DNA of 63,198 nt, counting the filler, from an uncultured Methanosarcinales archaeon (GTDB lineage Archaea > Nanobdellota > Nanobdellia > Woesearchaeales > JACPBV01), in NCBI GenBank assembly GCA_964492935.1. It is 3 parts of 3 records of this genome, joined end to end, with 100 filler letters (N's around TTAATTAATTAA, not from the genome) between each part and the next. Parts side by side here need not be neighbours in the genome. Positions count along the whole stretch, not along the records: positions 1 to 25,336 come from CAZBLF010000016.1; 2 more parts are not named here. One strand, written 5' to 3'. This document shows, piece by piece, positions 9,431 through 18,624 of the stretch. The notes under the pieces were generated by a model. That model searched no databases, was not told the DNA's origin, and was given only the letters and a program-made list of their open reading frames with translations. Each line of letters begins with the position of its first letter. Within the stretch, counting starts at the first letter, position 1. The position numbers and the translations under genes are program-made.

Positions 9431-10107
9431 GTCATGCGGGTTAGAACCGCTTGCTTCCTTGGATTTGAAAAGCCGATATCTTTATAATATTTTCTTATTT
9501 GATCTTTCCTTGTTAGATAAACTCTATAACTTTTGTTGGGCTTTATATAGGTAACTTTAGAGGCTATGAATCCTAAAGATGCGAAGGCCCTGTGCAAATC
9601 CTTGACGAGAGTCAAATTGCGGTTATCGAATACTATCTGAAACAATCCTGGCCAATGAGATTTTAGTTCGTAAATAGACCCATCTGTGTCCATGAGGCCC
9701 CTAATTACTGCTCTCAGAAAACTCTTTTTCTCCCATATCCATTCTGGAATGGTAGTTTGATTCGCAATTTTGTTTCCTGGCTTTAGACCCATCCTTGTGC
9801 AGTAGTCAACTAATTTCCGACTGTGAACTATTACCATCAACTCATTGGCATTTTTTTGTTTGTAGAATTTTGCTTTCAACTCAAATAATTCTTCCATCAA
9901 ATTTGCTACATATCCTCTGAGATATTGATTGTCTCTGTTAGAATCTCCTGCAATTCTTACCATGTATGTGCCCACCTTTTTTCCTCGTTGGTAATGGTGT
10001 ATGTTTCCGTCGCCAAGAACTATTCCTATGAACTCTGCTAATTTGGACGATTTTCTGGGAGTCTTGATGTCCTTTAAACTTCCTTTACTTTTATTTGAAA
10101 TTGTCAT
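9421..10107 (-). CDS. Free-standing two-motif LAGLIDADG (DOD-type) homing endonuclease
   Basis: LAEFIGIVLGDG, GLKPGNK...IPEWI, FLRAVIRGLMDTDGS, IGFSNPRK. No intein splice residues. The stop codon lies within the tRNA 5' end. Confidence 0.88.
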   Translation of the reverse strand: MTISNKSKGSLKDIKTPRKSSKLAEFIGIVLGDGNIHHYQRGKKVGTYMVRIAGDSNRDNQYLRGYVANLMEELFELKAKFYKQKNANELMVIVHSRKLVDYCTRMGLKPGNKIANQTTIPEWIWEKKSFLRAVIRGLMDTDGSIYELKSHWPGLFQIVFDNRNLTLVKDLHRAFASLGFIASKVTYIKPNKSYRVYLTRKDQIRKYYKDIGFSNPRKQAVLTRMTAP

Positions 10108-10272
10108 CGGGGGGCGTTTGGCAATTTGAATAAATAGAAGTTGTTTATATACCCTGTGGCTGCACCTGGCAAGTGGCAAGTGCAAGACGAAAAGCGCTAA
10201 GAGGTAGGAATTTATTCTTGATAAAGGTTGACAGACTGGACAGCTCAATAGATCATTTGTTCCCTTAACTCC

Positions 10273-11724
10273 TTACTTGAGATGCTTTTGTAGAATGGAT
10301 GCGGCTTCCTTGCCGTCAATTTTTCCTTTGAACTTGGCCATGAGCATACCCATATAGGCGCCTTGGTTGAGGTCGGGTTTTTCTTTGATGAGTTCTTTGA
10401 CTGCTTGCTCTAGATCGATGTCCTCTAGCTTGAAGTGTTCTAGATTGAGCTTTCCGGTTTTGGAAATGTCGGCTAAGATGTCTATTAGTGAGTCTTTTGC
10501 TATTTCTTTCTTTTCTACTGCTTCGAAGATTTGTTCTAGATGTATGGGTGTAATTTTGAGTGGATCTGCGCCTTTGTGCTTTTTCTGGAGTTCTGAGGGA
10601 TACGATAGAAGGGTGTCGGCGATGAAGACGGGTTTCAGTGAAGGAGCTTTCTTAATTGCTTGTTCGAAGACTGCTAATTTGGTTATTTCTAGCGAGGTGT
10701 CCTTCATCAGATTCTTAATTTTTTCTTTGGGTATCTCGTATTTTTTCTCGAGTTCTTCCATTTCTTGTTTTAATAGCTTGGGAAGTTTGATGGCGTTGCT
10801 CATTTCTTCTGTGATTCTGATGGGTGAGACGTCGGTTTCTGGATAGAGTCTTGCTGCGCCGGGCATTGGTCTTAGGAATGTTGTAGAAAAATCTTGCTCT
10901 GCCTTGCGGACTTCTTGTTCTATTTTTTTTCCTTTCTTTATGAGATTTTGTTGACGTTCTACTTCGTGTTCGATGACTTTCGGGATGCTTTTGAGATCTT
11001 GAAATCCCTTGACTTCGGTTCTAGCTCCTCCTTTGATGGAGATATTGACGTCTTGTCGTATCGTTCCGAGTCCTCGTTTTACGCCGGGAACTGAACGTAG
11101 GACCATTCCTAGATAGGCAGCTACTTCTTTGGCATGTTGTGGTGATTGGATTTCTGGTCCGGTTGCGATTTCTATTAAGGGTATGCCTAGACGATTGAGT
11201 TGGTAGGTGATAGCATCATCGCTTTCTTTTACTTTCTTTGCGGATTCCTCTTCGATACAGATATTGGGGATGGTTACGGTGCCACCGTCAGTTTCGATGA
11301 ATCCGTCGATTGCTATTAATGAGGTTCTTTGGAATCCTGAAACGTTGCTGCCATCTACCACGGTCTTTCTCATGACCTGGATTTCGTCGATGAGTTTTGC
11401 GTTTAGTAATTTGGCTACGGTTAATGCTGTTAGTAATGCATCTGCATTCATGGGATCGGGCGGTGTTTCGTCTAACTCCATTAATCCGACGTCGCTATTG
11501 CTGCCGGTGTAGATTATCTTTTTCCTTTTGGTCATCTCGTGCTTTGCTGCCTGGTCGATTTCTCCGGTTTCACCTGCGACTGCTCTTAGGCGTCTCTGTA
11601 CTTTGAAATCGGGCGGTGCGTCAGAATTTGATGTGGGTGATTCGCAGAAAAGTTTCTTTCCTTCTAATTGCTGGTGAATTTCAAGACCGCATTTGAATCC
11701 TAATGCGGCGTAGTCGATGGTCAT
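10273..11724 (-). CDS. gatE: Glu-tRNA(Gln) amidotransferase subunit GatE, compact form
   Basis: CGLEIHQQL, MRKTVVDGSNVSGFQRT, RLGIPLIEIAT, RGLGTIRQDVNISI, RPMPGAARLYPETD. Confidence 0.93.
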   Translation of the reverse strand: MTIDYAALGFKCGLEIHQQLEGKKLFCESPTSNSDAPPDFKVQRRLRAVAGETGEIDQAAKHEMTKRKKIIYTGSNSDVGLMELDETPPDPMNADALLTALTVAKLLNAKLIDEIQVMRKTVVDGSNVSGFQRTSLIAIDGFIETDGGTVTIPNICIEEESAKKVKESDDAITYQLNRLGIPLIEIATGPEIQSPQHAKEVAAYLGMVLRSVPGVKRGLGTIRQDVNISIKGGARTEVKGFQDLKSIPKVIEHEVERQQNLIKKGKKIEQEVRKAEQDFSTTFLRPMPGAARLYPETDVSPIRITEEMSNAIKLPKLLKQEMEELEKKYEIPKEKIKNLMKDTSLEITKLAVFEQAIKKAPSLKPVFIADTLLSYPSELQKKHKGADPLKITPIHLEQIFEAVEKKEIAKDSLIDILADISKTGKLNLEHFKLEDIDLEQAVKELIKEKPDLNQGAYMGMLMAKFKGKIDGKEAASILQKHLK

Positions 11725-11866
11725 GATTGAGTTTAGTTGGAGGAGGTTTAAAAATATTTGTGTTTGGTGTGTAGGGATTTGGGCGATGCTGAGGCACGGT
11801 GCACTTATGAGATTCAGAAGGAATCTCATGCACCTCCATGGGCGTCAGCAACGCTCCGATACTCTC

Positions 11867-12601
11867 TTAGTCTTCTTCAATCCAACCATAGCCTTTTTCT
11901 TCTAGCTTATCTACTAGTTTCCCGGTGCCTTCTAGGGCTATCTTTCCGTTTACTAAGATAACTAGCTTGTCGGGTTTTACGTGTTCAAGAATTCTTTTGT
12001 AGTGGGTGATGATTAAGATGGCCTTGTCTTTGTTCATGAACGCATTTACTCCTTCGGCAACTGCTTTGAGTGCATCGATATCTAATCCGGAATCGGTTTC
12101 GTCTAGAATTGCTAGTTTGGGGTCGAGCATCAGCATTTGTAGTATTTCTGCTCGCTTTTTTTCTCCGCCAGAGAATCCTTCGTTGAGATATCTCTTGAGG
12201 AATGATTTGTCCATTTTTAGGAGTGCTAATTTTTCTTGGACGAGTTTCATGTAGGCGGGAATGGGAATTTTTTCTTTTCTTTGTGCGTCGATTGCCGTTC
12301 GTAGGAAATTGGAGATGGTGATGCCTGCTATCTCGCTTGGATATTGGAATGACATGAAGAGTCCTGCTTTTGCTCTTTCGTCTGGACTGAGCTTGGTGAT
12401 GTCTTTCTTGTTAAAAAGGATTTTTCCTTTCGTTACTTTGTATTTGGGGTTGCCCATGATGACGTTTGCTAGTGTTGATTTTCCTGAACCATTAGGACCC
12501 ATGAAGGCGGTAATCTTTCCCAGATCTAGCTTAAGCGAGACTCCTTTGAGAATTTCTTTGTCCTCAATACTTACGTGAAGATCTTTTATTTCTAATATCA
12601 T
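11867..12601 (-). CDS. sufC: Fe-S assembly ATPase SufC
   Basis: GPNGSGKST, FQYPSEI, NEGFSGGEKKRAEILQ, LDETDSGLDIDAL, ITHY. Confidence 0.96.
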   Translation of the reverse strand: MILEIKDLHVSIEDKEILKGVSLKLDLGKITAFMGPNGSGKSTLANVIMGNPKYKVTKGKILFNKKDITKLSPDERAKAGLFMSFQYPSEIAGITISNFLRTAIDAQRKEKIPIPAYMKLVQEKLALLKMDKSFLKRYLNEGFSGGEKKRAEILQMLMLDPKLAILDETDSGLDIDALKAVAEGVNAFMNKDKAILIITHYKRILEHVKPDKLVILVNGKIALEGTGKLVDKLEEKGYGWIEED

Positions 12602-12888
12602 GCCAGCCCCAACATCATTTTTACTTCCTCGGAAGGTTCCCATGGCGGGTTGAAGGTGAATTCCATCTCGGGTTCGGTGAAGCCGCGAGTTTTCAATCCT
12701 GCTTTGATGGATGCGACTAGTTGGGGTGCGTACGGACAGGTTGGAGAGGTAAAGGTCATGGTGACTTTGATGTCTTTTTTCTTTATTTTAATTTCTCTGA
12801 TGAGTCCTAGGGTGTAGACATCTATCGCTAGCTCGGGGTCTTGAATTTGCTTTAACACTTCAACGGCGTCTTTTTTTGTTAGGGTCAT
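12598..12888 (-). CDS. DUF59/SufT-like metal-sulfur cluster assembly factor
   Basis: DPELAIDVYTLGLI, MTFTSPTCP, PPW. Confidence 0.9.
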   Translation of the reverse strand: MTLTKKDAVEVLKQIQDPELAIDVYTLGLIREIKIKKKDIKVTMTFTSPTCPYAPQLVASIKAGLKTRGFTEPEMEFTFNPPWEPSEEVKMMLGLA

Positions 12889-14057
12889 GCCATTGCCTCC
12901 ACGACTGCTTTTTGGATCTTTTCTGCTAGTTGTTCGTCTTTGAATTTGCTGTAGATGGGAGTGAAATAGCCTTCGACGATCTTTTGTACTGCTTGCTTTT
13001 TGGTTAGGCCGCGAGACATTAGGTAGAATACAATTTCTTTGTCGATCTGTCCTACGGTTGAGCCGTGAGAACATTTGACATCGGGATTGTGGATCTCTAG
13101 ATTGGGAATTGCGTCGGCCTCGGCTTTATCGCTTAATAATAATGCATCTTGGGTTTCGTAGCCGTTGGATTCTGATGCGTTTTTGTTAATTTTTACTAGG
13201 CCTCTGCTTAAGGCTTTGGCTTGGTCGTTGATGACGCCTTTCGTTACGATCTTTGAACTGGTGTTTTTTCCTACATGGATGGAGTCGGTTGTAAGGTCTA
13301 GGCGTTGTTTGTTCTTTGCTAGATAGACGGCGGTGTTGGTTGAGGATGAGCCTTGGCCTTCTAAATTTGTGGTGATATTTGCTTTGGTGAATTGCGAACC
13401 TAGGGATGCATCTACAAAATTAACCGTTGCATCGTTTTTTGTGATTGCTTGTCGGCTGATGACCTGGATGGTTTTTTCACTTAACGTTTGTAGGGAGGCG
13501 AAGGTGATTTGGGCATTTGATTCTGCGAGTATTCTGGTTTCTTCTCCTACATAGTTTGCGGTGCCTTCCTTTCTTAAGAGGATGGTTGCTTTTGTATTTT
13601 TCTCTGCGTGGATGAAGAGTGTGGAGTTTACGGGCCCTTCATTTGCTTTCATGGTGATGATGATTGGTTTTTTTACTTCTTTTGTGATGTGGAGTAACAG
13701 GAAATTGTTGGTGAAGGCTTGGTTGAAGGTGTAGAGTTTCTCTGCCTCTTTTGGAATGGTCCAGTCTTTTGTTGTAAATAATTTGATTCTGTTTTCGCCT
13801 TCCTTCTCGGTTTTTCCAATATCTCTGCCTTGAAAAAAGCGAATTCCTTGTTCGTTGTTCGTTTCTATATTGATTTCTGCTTTGGGGTGGGTGTTTGGAT
13901 GCAGATCGGTTAACGGTGATTGGGGTCGTAACGATATGTTGAGGCCGTGTTTGAATGTGGGTTCTTTTGATTTCTCAAATACCTTGAATGCTTGCTTACG
14001 GTATGTTTTGATGCACTTTGGCTCGTCAAATGATTGTTCGAATGTTTTGAAGTTCAT
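12885..14057 (-). CDS. sufD: Fe-S assembly protein SufD
   Basis: Beta-helix; LLLSDKAEADAIPNLEIHNPDVKCSHGSTVG, FYLMSRG. Confidence 0.9.
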   Translation of the reverse strand: MNFKTFEQSFDEPKCIKTYRKQAFKVFEKSKEPTFKHGLNISLRPQSPLTDLHPNTHPKAEINIETNNEQGIRFFQGRDIGKTEKEGENRIKLFTTKDWTIPKEAEKLYTFNQAFTNNFLLLHITKEVKKPIIITMKANEGPVNSTLFIHAEKNTKATILLRKEGTANYVGEETRILAESNAQITFASLQTLSEKTIQVISRQAITKNDATVNFVDASLGSQFTKANITTNLEGQGSSSTNTAVYLAKNKQRLDLTTDSIHVGKNTSSKIVTKGVINDQAKALSRGLVKINKNASESNGYETQDALLLSDKAEADAIPNLEIHNPDVKCSHGSTVGQIDKEIVFYLMSRGLTKKQAVQKIVEGYFTPIYSKFKDEQLAEKIQKAVVEAMA

Positions 14058-15472
14058 CCTAGGGAGCCCTCCATCTCTAATTCGATTAATTTGTTTAATT
14101 CTACTGCGTATTCTAGTGGTAATTCTTTGACGATCGGTTCGATGAACCCTGCTACGATCATTTGCTTTGCCTGTTCTTCGGTTAATCCTCGGGACATTAC
14201 ATAGAAGATTTGTTCGTCGCTGATTTTGCCGACGGTTGCTTCGTGGGCTAGGTCGGTTGTTGGTTCTTTCACATCCATATACGGGAACGTATTTGATTGG
14301 GATTTGTTGTCGATCATTAAGGCGTCACATTCTACGTTTGCTTTTGCATTCGTTGCTCCTTTCTTGATGCTTAAGAGTCCCCGGTAGGTTGTTATTCCGC
14401 CGCCTTTGCTGATGGATTTTGAAATTATTGTGGAGGATGTGTTGCGTCCTATCTGCGTTACCTTGCAGCCGGTGTCTTGGTTTTGGTCTTTTCCTGCAAA
14501 CGCTATTCCTATGAAGTGTGACTTGGAGTTGTCGCCAATGAGCATGGATGCGGGGTAGAGCATTGTTACGTTGCTTCCCATGTTTCCGTTGACCCATTCG
14601 ATGATTCCGTCTTTTTGGACTACTGCTCTTTTTGTGTTGAGATTGTACGTGTTTTTAGACCAGTTTTCTATGCTTGAGTATCTGGCTCTGGCGCCTTTGA
14701 GAACATGAATTTCAACGCAGCCTGCGTGTAGCGAGTTTGCGGTGTACTGTGGGGCAGAACAGCCTTCAATGTATTGTAGTTCGGCACCTTCGTCTACGAT
14801 GATGAGGGTGTGCTCGAATTGGCCTCCTTTTTTTGCGTTCATTCTGAAATAGGCTTGCAAGGGTGCTTTTACTTTGACCCCTTTCGGAACGTAGATGAAG
14901 GTTCCTCCGGACCAGACGGCTGCGTGTAGTGCGGTGTATTTGTGGAGTTTGATTGGAACGCAACTTGTCATAAAATATTTCTTCATTAATTCTGGGTACT
15001 GTTTTAGGGCTTCATCGGTGTCTAGGAATACTACTCCTTCTTTTTCCCACTCTTCCTTTAATTTGTGGTAAATGACAGAACTTTCGTATTGTGCGCCTAC
15101 TCCACCCAGTGCTTCTCGTTCTGCTTCGGGGATTCCTAGCTTTTCGAAGGTTTGCTTTATGTCGTCCGGTACTTCATCCCAGGACTCTGCATTCTTTTTT
15201 GCTTCGGGAAGCATGTAGTAGTGGATGTCATCAAGGTTGAGTTTCTTTAGGCTCGGACCCCAGGTAGGTGTTTTGAGTTCGTTGAATGCTCGCAATCCTT
15301 GTAATCTCTTTTTTAACATCCATTCTGGCTCTTCTTTGTCTTTTGAGATTGCTCTGACTAGTTTTTCTGAGACTCCTGGTTCTGAACGGAACTTTAGATT
15401 TTCCTTGTTGAAATTGTCATAGGTAGACCTGTCTATTTCGAATTTACTCATGCTTTGTGTTGCTGTTGCCAT
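14054..15472 (-). CDS. sufB: Fe-S assembly protein SufB
   Basis: LGIPEAE, WSGGTFIYVPKG, GQFEHTLI, YIEGCSAP, LHAGCVE, HEATVGKI. Confidence 0.96.
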   Translation of the reverse strand: MATATQSMSKFEIDRSTYDNFNKENLKFRSEPGVSEKLVRAISKDKEEPEWMLKKRLQGLRAFNELKTPTWGPSLKKLNLDDIHYYMLPEAKKNAESWDEVPDDIKQTFEKLGIPEAEREALGGVGAQYESSVIYHKLKEEWEKEGVVFLDTDEALKQYPELMKKYFMTSCVPIKLHKYTALHAAVWSGGTFIYVPKGVKVKAPLQAYFRMNAKKGGQFEHTLIIVDEGAELQYIEGCSAPQYTANSLHAGCVEIHVLKGARARYSSIENWSKNTYNLNTKRAVVQKDGIIEWVNGNMGSNVTMLYPASMLIGDNSKSHFIGIAFAGKDQNQDTGCKVTQIGRNTSSTIISKSISKGGGITTYRGLLSIKKGATNAKANVECDALMIDNKSQSNTFPYMDVKEPTTDLAHEATVGKISDEQIFYVMSRGLTEEQAKQMIVAGFIEPIVKELPLEYAVELNKLIELEMEGSLG

Positions 15473-15548
15473 AAAGTTAACGATTGTTAAGTATCGCTGT
15501 TTTGTTTATAAAGATTGTGTAGAAATGGGTTTCGCTGATGTATATTAT

Positions 15549-16631
15549 TTAGCCAAATCTCCCTGTCCAATTGGCAAAGTTGCGGTCATAGGATCTGTTG
15601 ACCGTGTCTGCGCCTATTAATCGGTCCATCTCAGTCATGTTGAGTCCTTGTCTTCCGACAATGGTTTGTTCTCTTAGTATTCTCAGGAGTTCTTTTCCTT
15701 CGCTCGTTAGAAAGGGGAAGGGGTTGACTCTGATTTCTACTCCGTCACCTAGTTCATGTGTTTCGCGCATGCGTCTAGCACTCTCATCGTAGCCGCAGAT
15801 GGCGTAGGCGGTGAAGAATACACTTTTTGCTTCCCGTTGTTGGTGTGCTTGTCCACGATAGCCGGCATCAGGGATTCTGTCGTTAACATCTAATTTTCTC
15901 CATTCGGAATGTTGACGTTTGTCTTTAGCACCGAATGCAGGGATGTGAAGAATCCAATAATCGTAGATTTTGTCTTTCTTTGTTTGTGAGGGTACGGTTA
16001 CCTTCATGGTTTTTCCGTAAAATTCTTTATCTAATTCCATCTCAAAATTACCTTGGGTGTACTGAGAAAATAATTCGTGGCCCTTAATGGATCTGGACCA
16101 GGTTATTACTCGGGGTCTTCCATCGCCAGGTACCCAATACATTCCTACTGGGGGATCGGTTCTTTTTTGAGCGGTGGCGGCTTTAATTTGGTAATAGGGA
16201 TATAAGCCTCCTGCCTGAGCAACTTTATCACTCATTCGGGTGATGTCTGCTATTGATTTTCCATCTGGCAGTTCCCAGTGTGTCCCTTCAATTTCTGCGT
16301 GGTCTCTCGCCAAAACTAAGGCATCCTGAATGACGTTAGGGGAATCGAGATGGAGGTAGTGGCGAGGACTTACTTTCTTGATGATTTTGTTGCCCTTATC
16401 CCTGTCTATTCGATGCTCAAGAGGGAGTACTACAACTCTCTCTCCTGCGTTCCTCAGTTGATGGGCTGCTTCGTAGGGATTTGAGGAGGGTGTAAATGCT
16501 AATTCCTCGTCAATAAGTCTTGCTATAACGTCGTCTGTTAATTGTTTGGGCATTTCATCGAATTTTTTAGATCGAGGAATGACTTTTTCAACAATAGCTC
16601 TTGCTCCCAATGAACCAGATGCTTCTTTCAT
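15549..16631 (-). CDS. Hypothetical protein
   Basis: 360-aa soluble ORF with a TATA-like box upstream; no family recognised. Confidence 0.7.
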   Translation of the reverse strand: MKEASGSLGARAIVEKVIPRSKKFDEMPKQLTDDVIARLIDEELAFTPSSNPYEAAHQLRNAGERVVVLPLEHRIDRDKGNKIIKKVSPRHYLHLDSPNVIQDALVLARDHAEIEGTHWELPDGKSIADITRMSDKVAQAGGLYPYYQIKAATAQKRTDPPVGMYWVPGDGRPRVITWSRSIKGHELFSQYTQGNFEMELDKEFYGKTMKVTVPSQTKKDKIYDYWILHIPAFGAKDKRQHSEWRKLDVNDRIPDAGYRGQAHQQREAKSVFFTAYAICGYDESARRMRETHELGDGVEIRVNPFPFLTSEGKELLRILREQTIVGRQGLNMTEMDRLIGADTVNRSYDRNFANWTGRFG

Positions 16632-16709
16632 ATTGGATTAGAATGAAATTTCGTTTATAACTATTTCCATTGGAAAAGACTTATATAGGTTGTAGGAGTA
16701 GTTTTCATT

Positions 16710-17075
16710 ATGAAACAGATGATGCCGCAGGAAGTTGAGGTCTTTTATTTGATTCCTGCTTTGCGTAAGGAACTTGCTCAGTTGTTTGTATCTGCTCATG
16801 ATTTGAGTCAGCGGGAGGCTGCTGCTCTATTGGGGTTGACAGAAAGTGCTATCTCTCAGTATTTGAAGGATAAGCGTGCTAGTGGTATTACGTTTACTGC
16901 GGAAGAGAAGAAGATTGTTGCTAAGGGGGCTAAGAAGATTCTTGAGGACAAGGGAAATGCTTCTCAGCATATTTTTGATTTGACGGTTAAGTTACGGGGT
17001 AGCAAAAGCATGTGTGATTTGCATAAGTCGTTAGATTCTGCTGTGGATAAGAACTGTGATATTTGTTGTCATTGA
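16710..17075 (+). CDS. Archaeal HTH transcriptional regulator with C-terminal Cys/His cluster
   Basis: PQEVEVFYLIPALRKELA, SQREAAALLGLTESAISQY (HTH), CDLH...CDICCH. Confidence 0.85.
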   Translation: MKQMMPQEVEVFYLIPALRKELAQLFVSAHDLSQREAAALLGLTESAISQYLKDKRASGITFTAEEKKIVAKGAKKILEDKGNASQHIFDLTVKLRGSKSMCDLHKSLDSAVDKNCDICCH

Positions 17076-17968
17076 AGTGAGGCTTTTAATTCTTGGATGG
17101 TGTGTTGGTAGTGTTGTTTGTTGAGGTCAGCGAATCGTTCTTCTTGTAACACTCTCTTGAAGTGGAGGTAGTCGGTTGCACGCCAGTATCTATTCCAGAG
17201 TTCTACTCGCTTTTTTAGGGTAGGATCGGGATGGTGCTTTTGGTATTCGTCTAGGAAGAAGTTAATTTGTTCTGAATCGAGTTTAGCGGACCACGGTGGA
17301 CAGTAGCAGTTTTCGTAATAGAGTCTTGCTGGATCTTCAGCATTATCGCGGAAGGTGCTCCACTCCCAGTCGATGTAGTTGATGTTTCCATTGTGATGTA
17401 GGATATTTGAATTGCAGCAGTCTCCGTGGATTAATGAGAATTCCTTTATTTCGGTGAAGAGTTCTAGGTGTTGATGGAGGATGCTTGCAGTTTTCTTGAT
17501 GATTGCTTTGTCATCTGCATCGTGCTTGCCGCCAATGTGGCGTACGTCGCTGAGAAATGACTTTTCTATGTCGAACATTCTGTTTTTTTGTTCGAAGCCC
17601 CAGAATTTGGATTTTGTTTTGTTTAAATTTGCGAGTTGCTTTGCATGAAGGGCTAGCTCTTCATTAGTCCAGGTTTCTTTTTGCTTGCCTTCGGTGTAGG
17701 AAAGGATGGAAAAGGGTTTTTCTAGTGAAGTGGTATCTAGATGGAGCGGTTTTGGGGCGTTTGTCTTAATTTTCTTAAGCCACTTGAACTCTCTTGTGAG
17801 GTATTTCTCTGAGAGATTCATTAATCCTATTCTTAAGACTAGTTGGTTATTGATGAGATAGTTTTGGTTTCTTTCGCCAGTTCCTAATGGCTCGATGGTG
17901 AGTTGCTCGTTTATGTTGATGAGCTCATTCTCTACTAGGATTTTTTTGAGTTCTTGTTCGTTGACCAT
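17069..17968 (-). CDS. Aminoglycoside phosphotransferase/choline kinase-like protein
   Basis: LGTGERNQNY, LIHGD..NSN (Brenner motif), IDWE. Confidence 0.85.
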   Translation of the reverse strand: MVNEQELKKILVENELININEQLTIEPLGTGERNQNYLINNQLVLRIGLMNLSEKYLTREFKWLKKIKTNAPKPLHLDTTSLEKPFSILSYTEGKQKETWTNEELALHAKQLANLNKTKSKFWGFEQKNRMFDIEKSFLSDVRHIGGKHDADDKAIIKKTASILHQHLELFTEIKEFSLIHGDCCNSNILHHNGNINYIDWEWSTFRDNAEDPARLYYENCYCPPWSAKLDSEQINFFLDEYQKHHPDPTLKKRVELWNRYWRATDYLHFKRVLQEERFADLNKQHYQHTIQELKASLQ

Positions 17969-18002
17969 GGTGCTATTGATGGTGGTGCGTTTAAAAACGT
18001 GT

Positions 18003-18464
18003 TTATAGAAGGGTGCTTACGATGTAAAAGACTAGGAATCCTAGAAGGTAGCCGCCGATGACGTCTTTCCAGAAGTGTTTTTTGAGTTGGATTCGGGTGA
18101 TGCCTACGGTGATGGGGAGTAGGATGAAAATCCAGCCTAGCCAGAGGGTTGTTGTTGAAAAGAGGAATAATGCGGTAAAGGTTGAACGTGCTGTATGGAC
18201 GGATGGAAAACTTGAGGAGAGGATGCGCTCGTAGAAGTTTGCGTGGTGTTCTTTGTTGGGTCTGTCTTTGAACCAGAGTGCCTTTATGATAATAGATATG
18301 CCATCTACGAGGAGGAGTCCTAGGATTCCCAGCGTGAGGGTGCGAGGTACTATTGCGAAGAGTAATAAGAGGATGGCATTGATGGGGAGACTTCCGAAAC
18401 TGGTGAAGTCTCTTGTGATTTCGTCTTTGACCTTTGTTATGACTCTCTGATATTTTTCTAACAT
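18003..18464 (-). CDS. PAP2-family membrane phosphatase
   Basis: K-x6-RP, SFPSVH, TR-x5-H-x3-DV..G. Confidence 0.9.
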   Translation of the reverse strand: MLEKYQRVITKVKDEITRDFTSFGSLPINAILLLLFAIVPRTLTLGILGLLLVDGISIIIKALWFKDRPNKEHHANFYERILSSSFPSVHTARSTFTALFLFSTTTLWLGWIFILLPITVGITRIQLKKHFWKDVIGGYLLGFLVFYIVSTLL

Positions 18465-18624
18465 GAGTTGATTTTGTTTGTGTCCTATAAAAAAGTATCT
18501 GCAATTTTGCTTTGAAACTTTATAGCAAAGTATAAAAACTTGGTTTTTTTCCTTTTTCTTATGATTACGAGGTGCTTAGAAATATAATTTCTGGCACCTC
18601 TTCGTAAACTCAGAGGTGGTTTAT

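Noticed and set aside
9421..10107. LAGLIDADG ORF as an intein or intron-encoded protein
   Set aside because: No Cys/Ser start or His-Asn end, no interrupted host gene, and the tRNA is complete downstream of it.
10108..10272. Spacer with TGCAC/GTGCA and a tandem TGGCAAG, considered as an ncRNA or split-tRNA half
   Set aside because: I could not find tRNA arms or a convincing extended structure.
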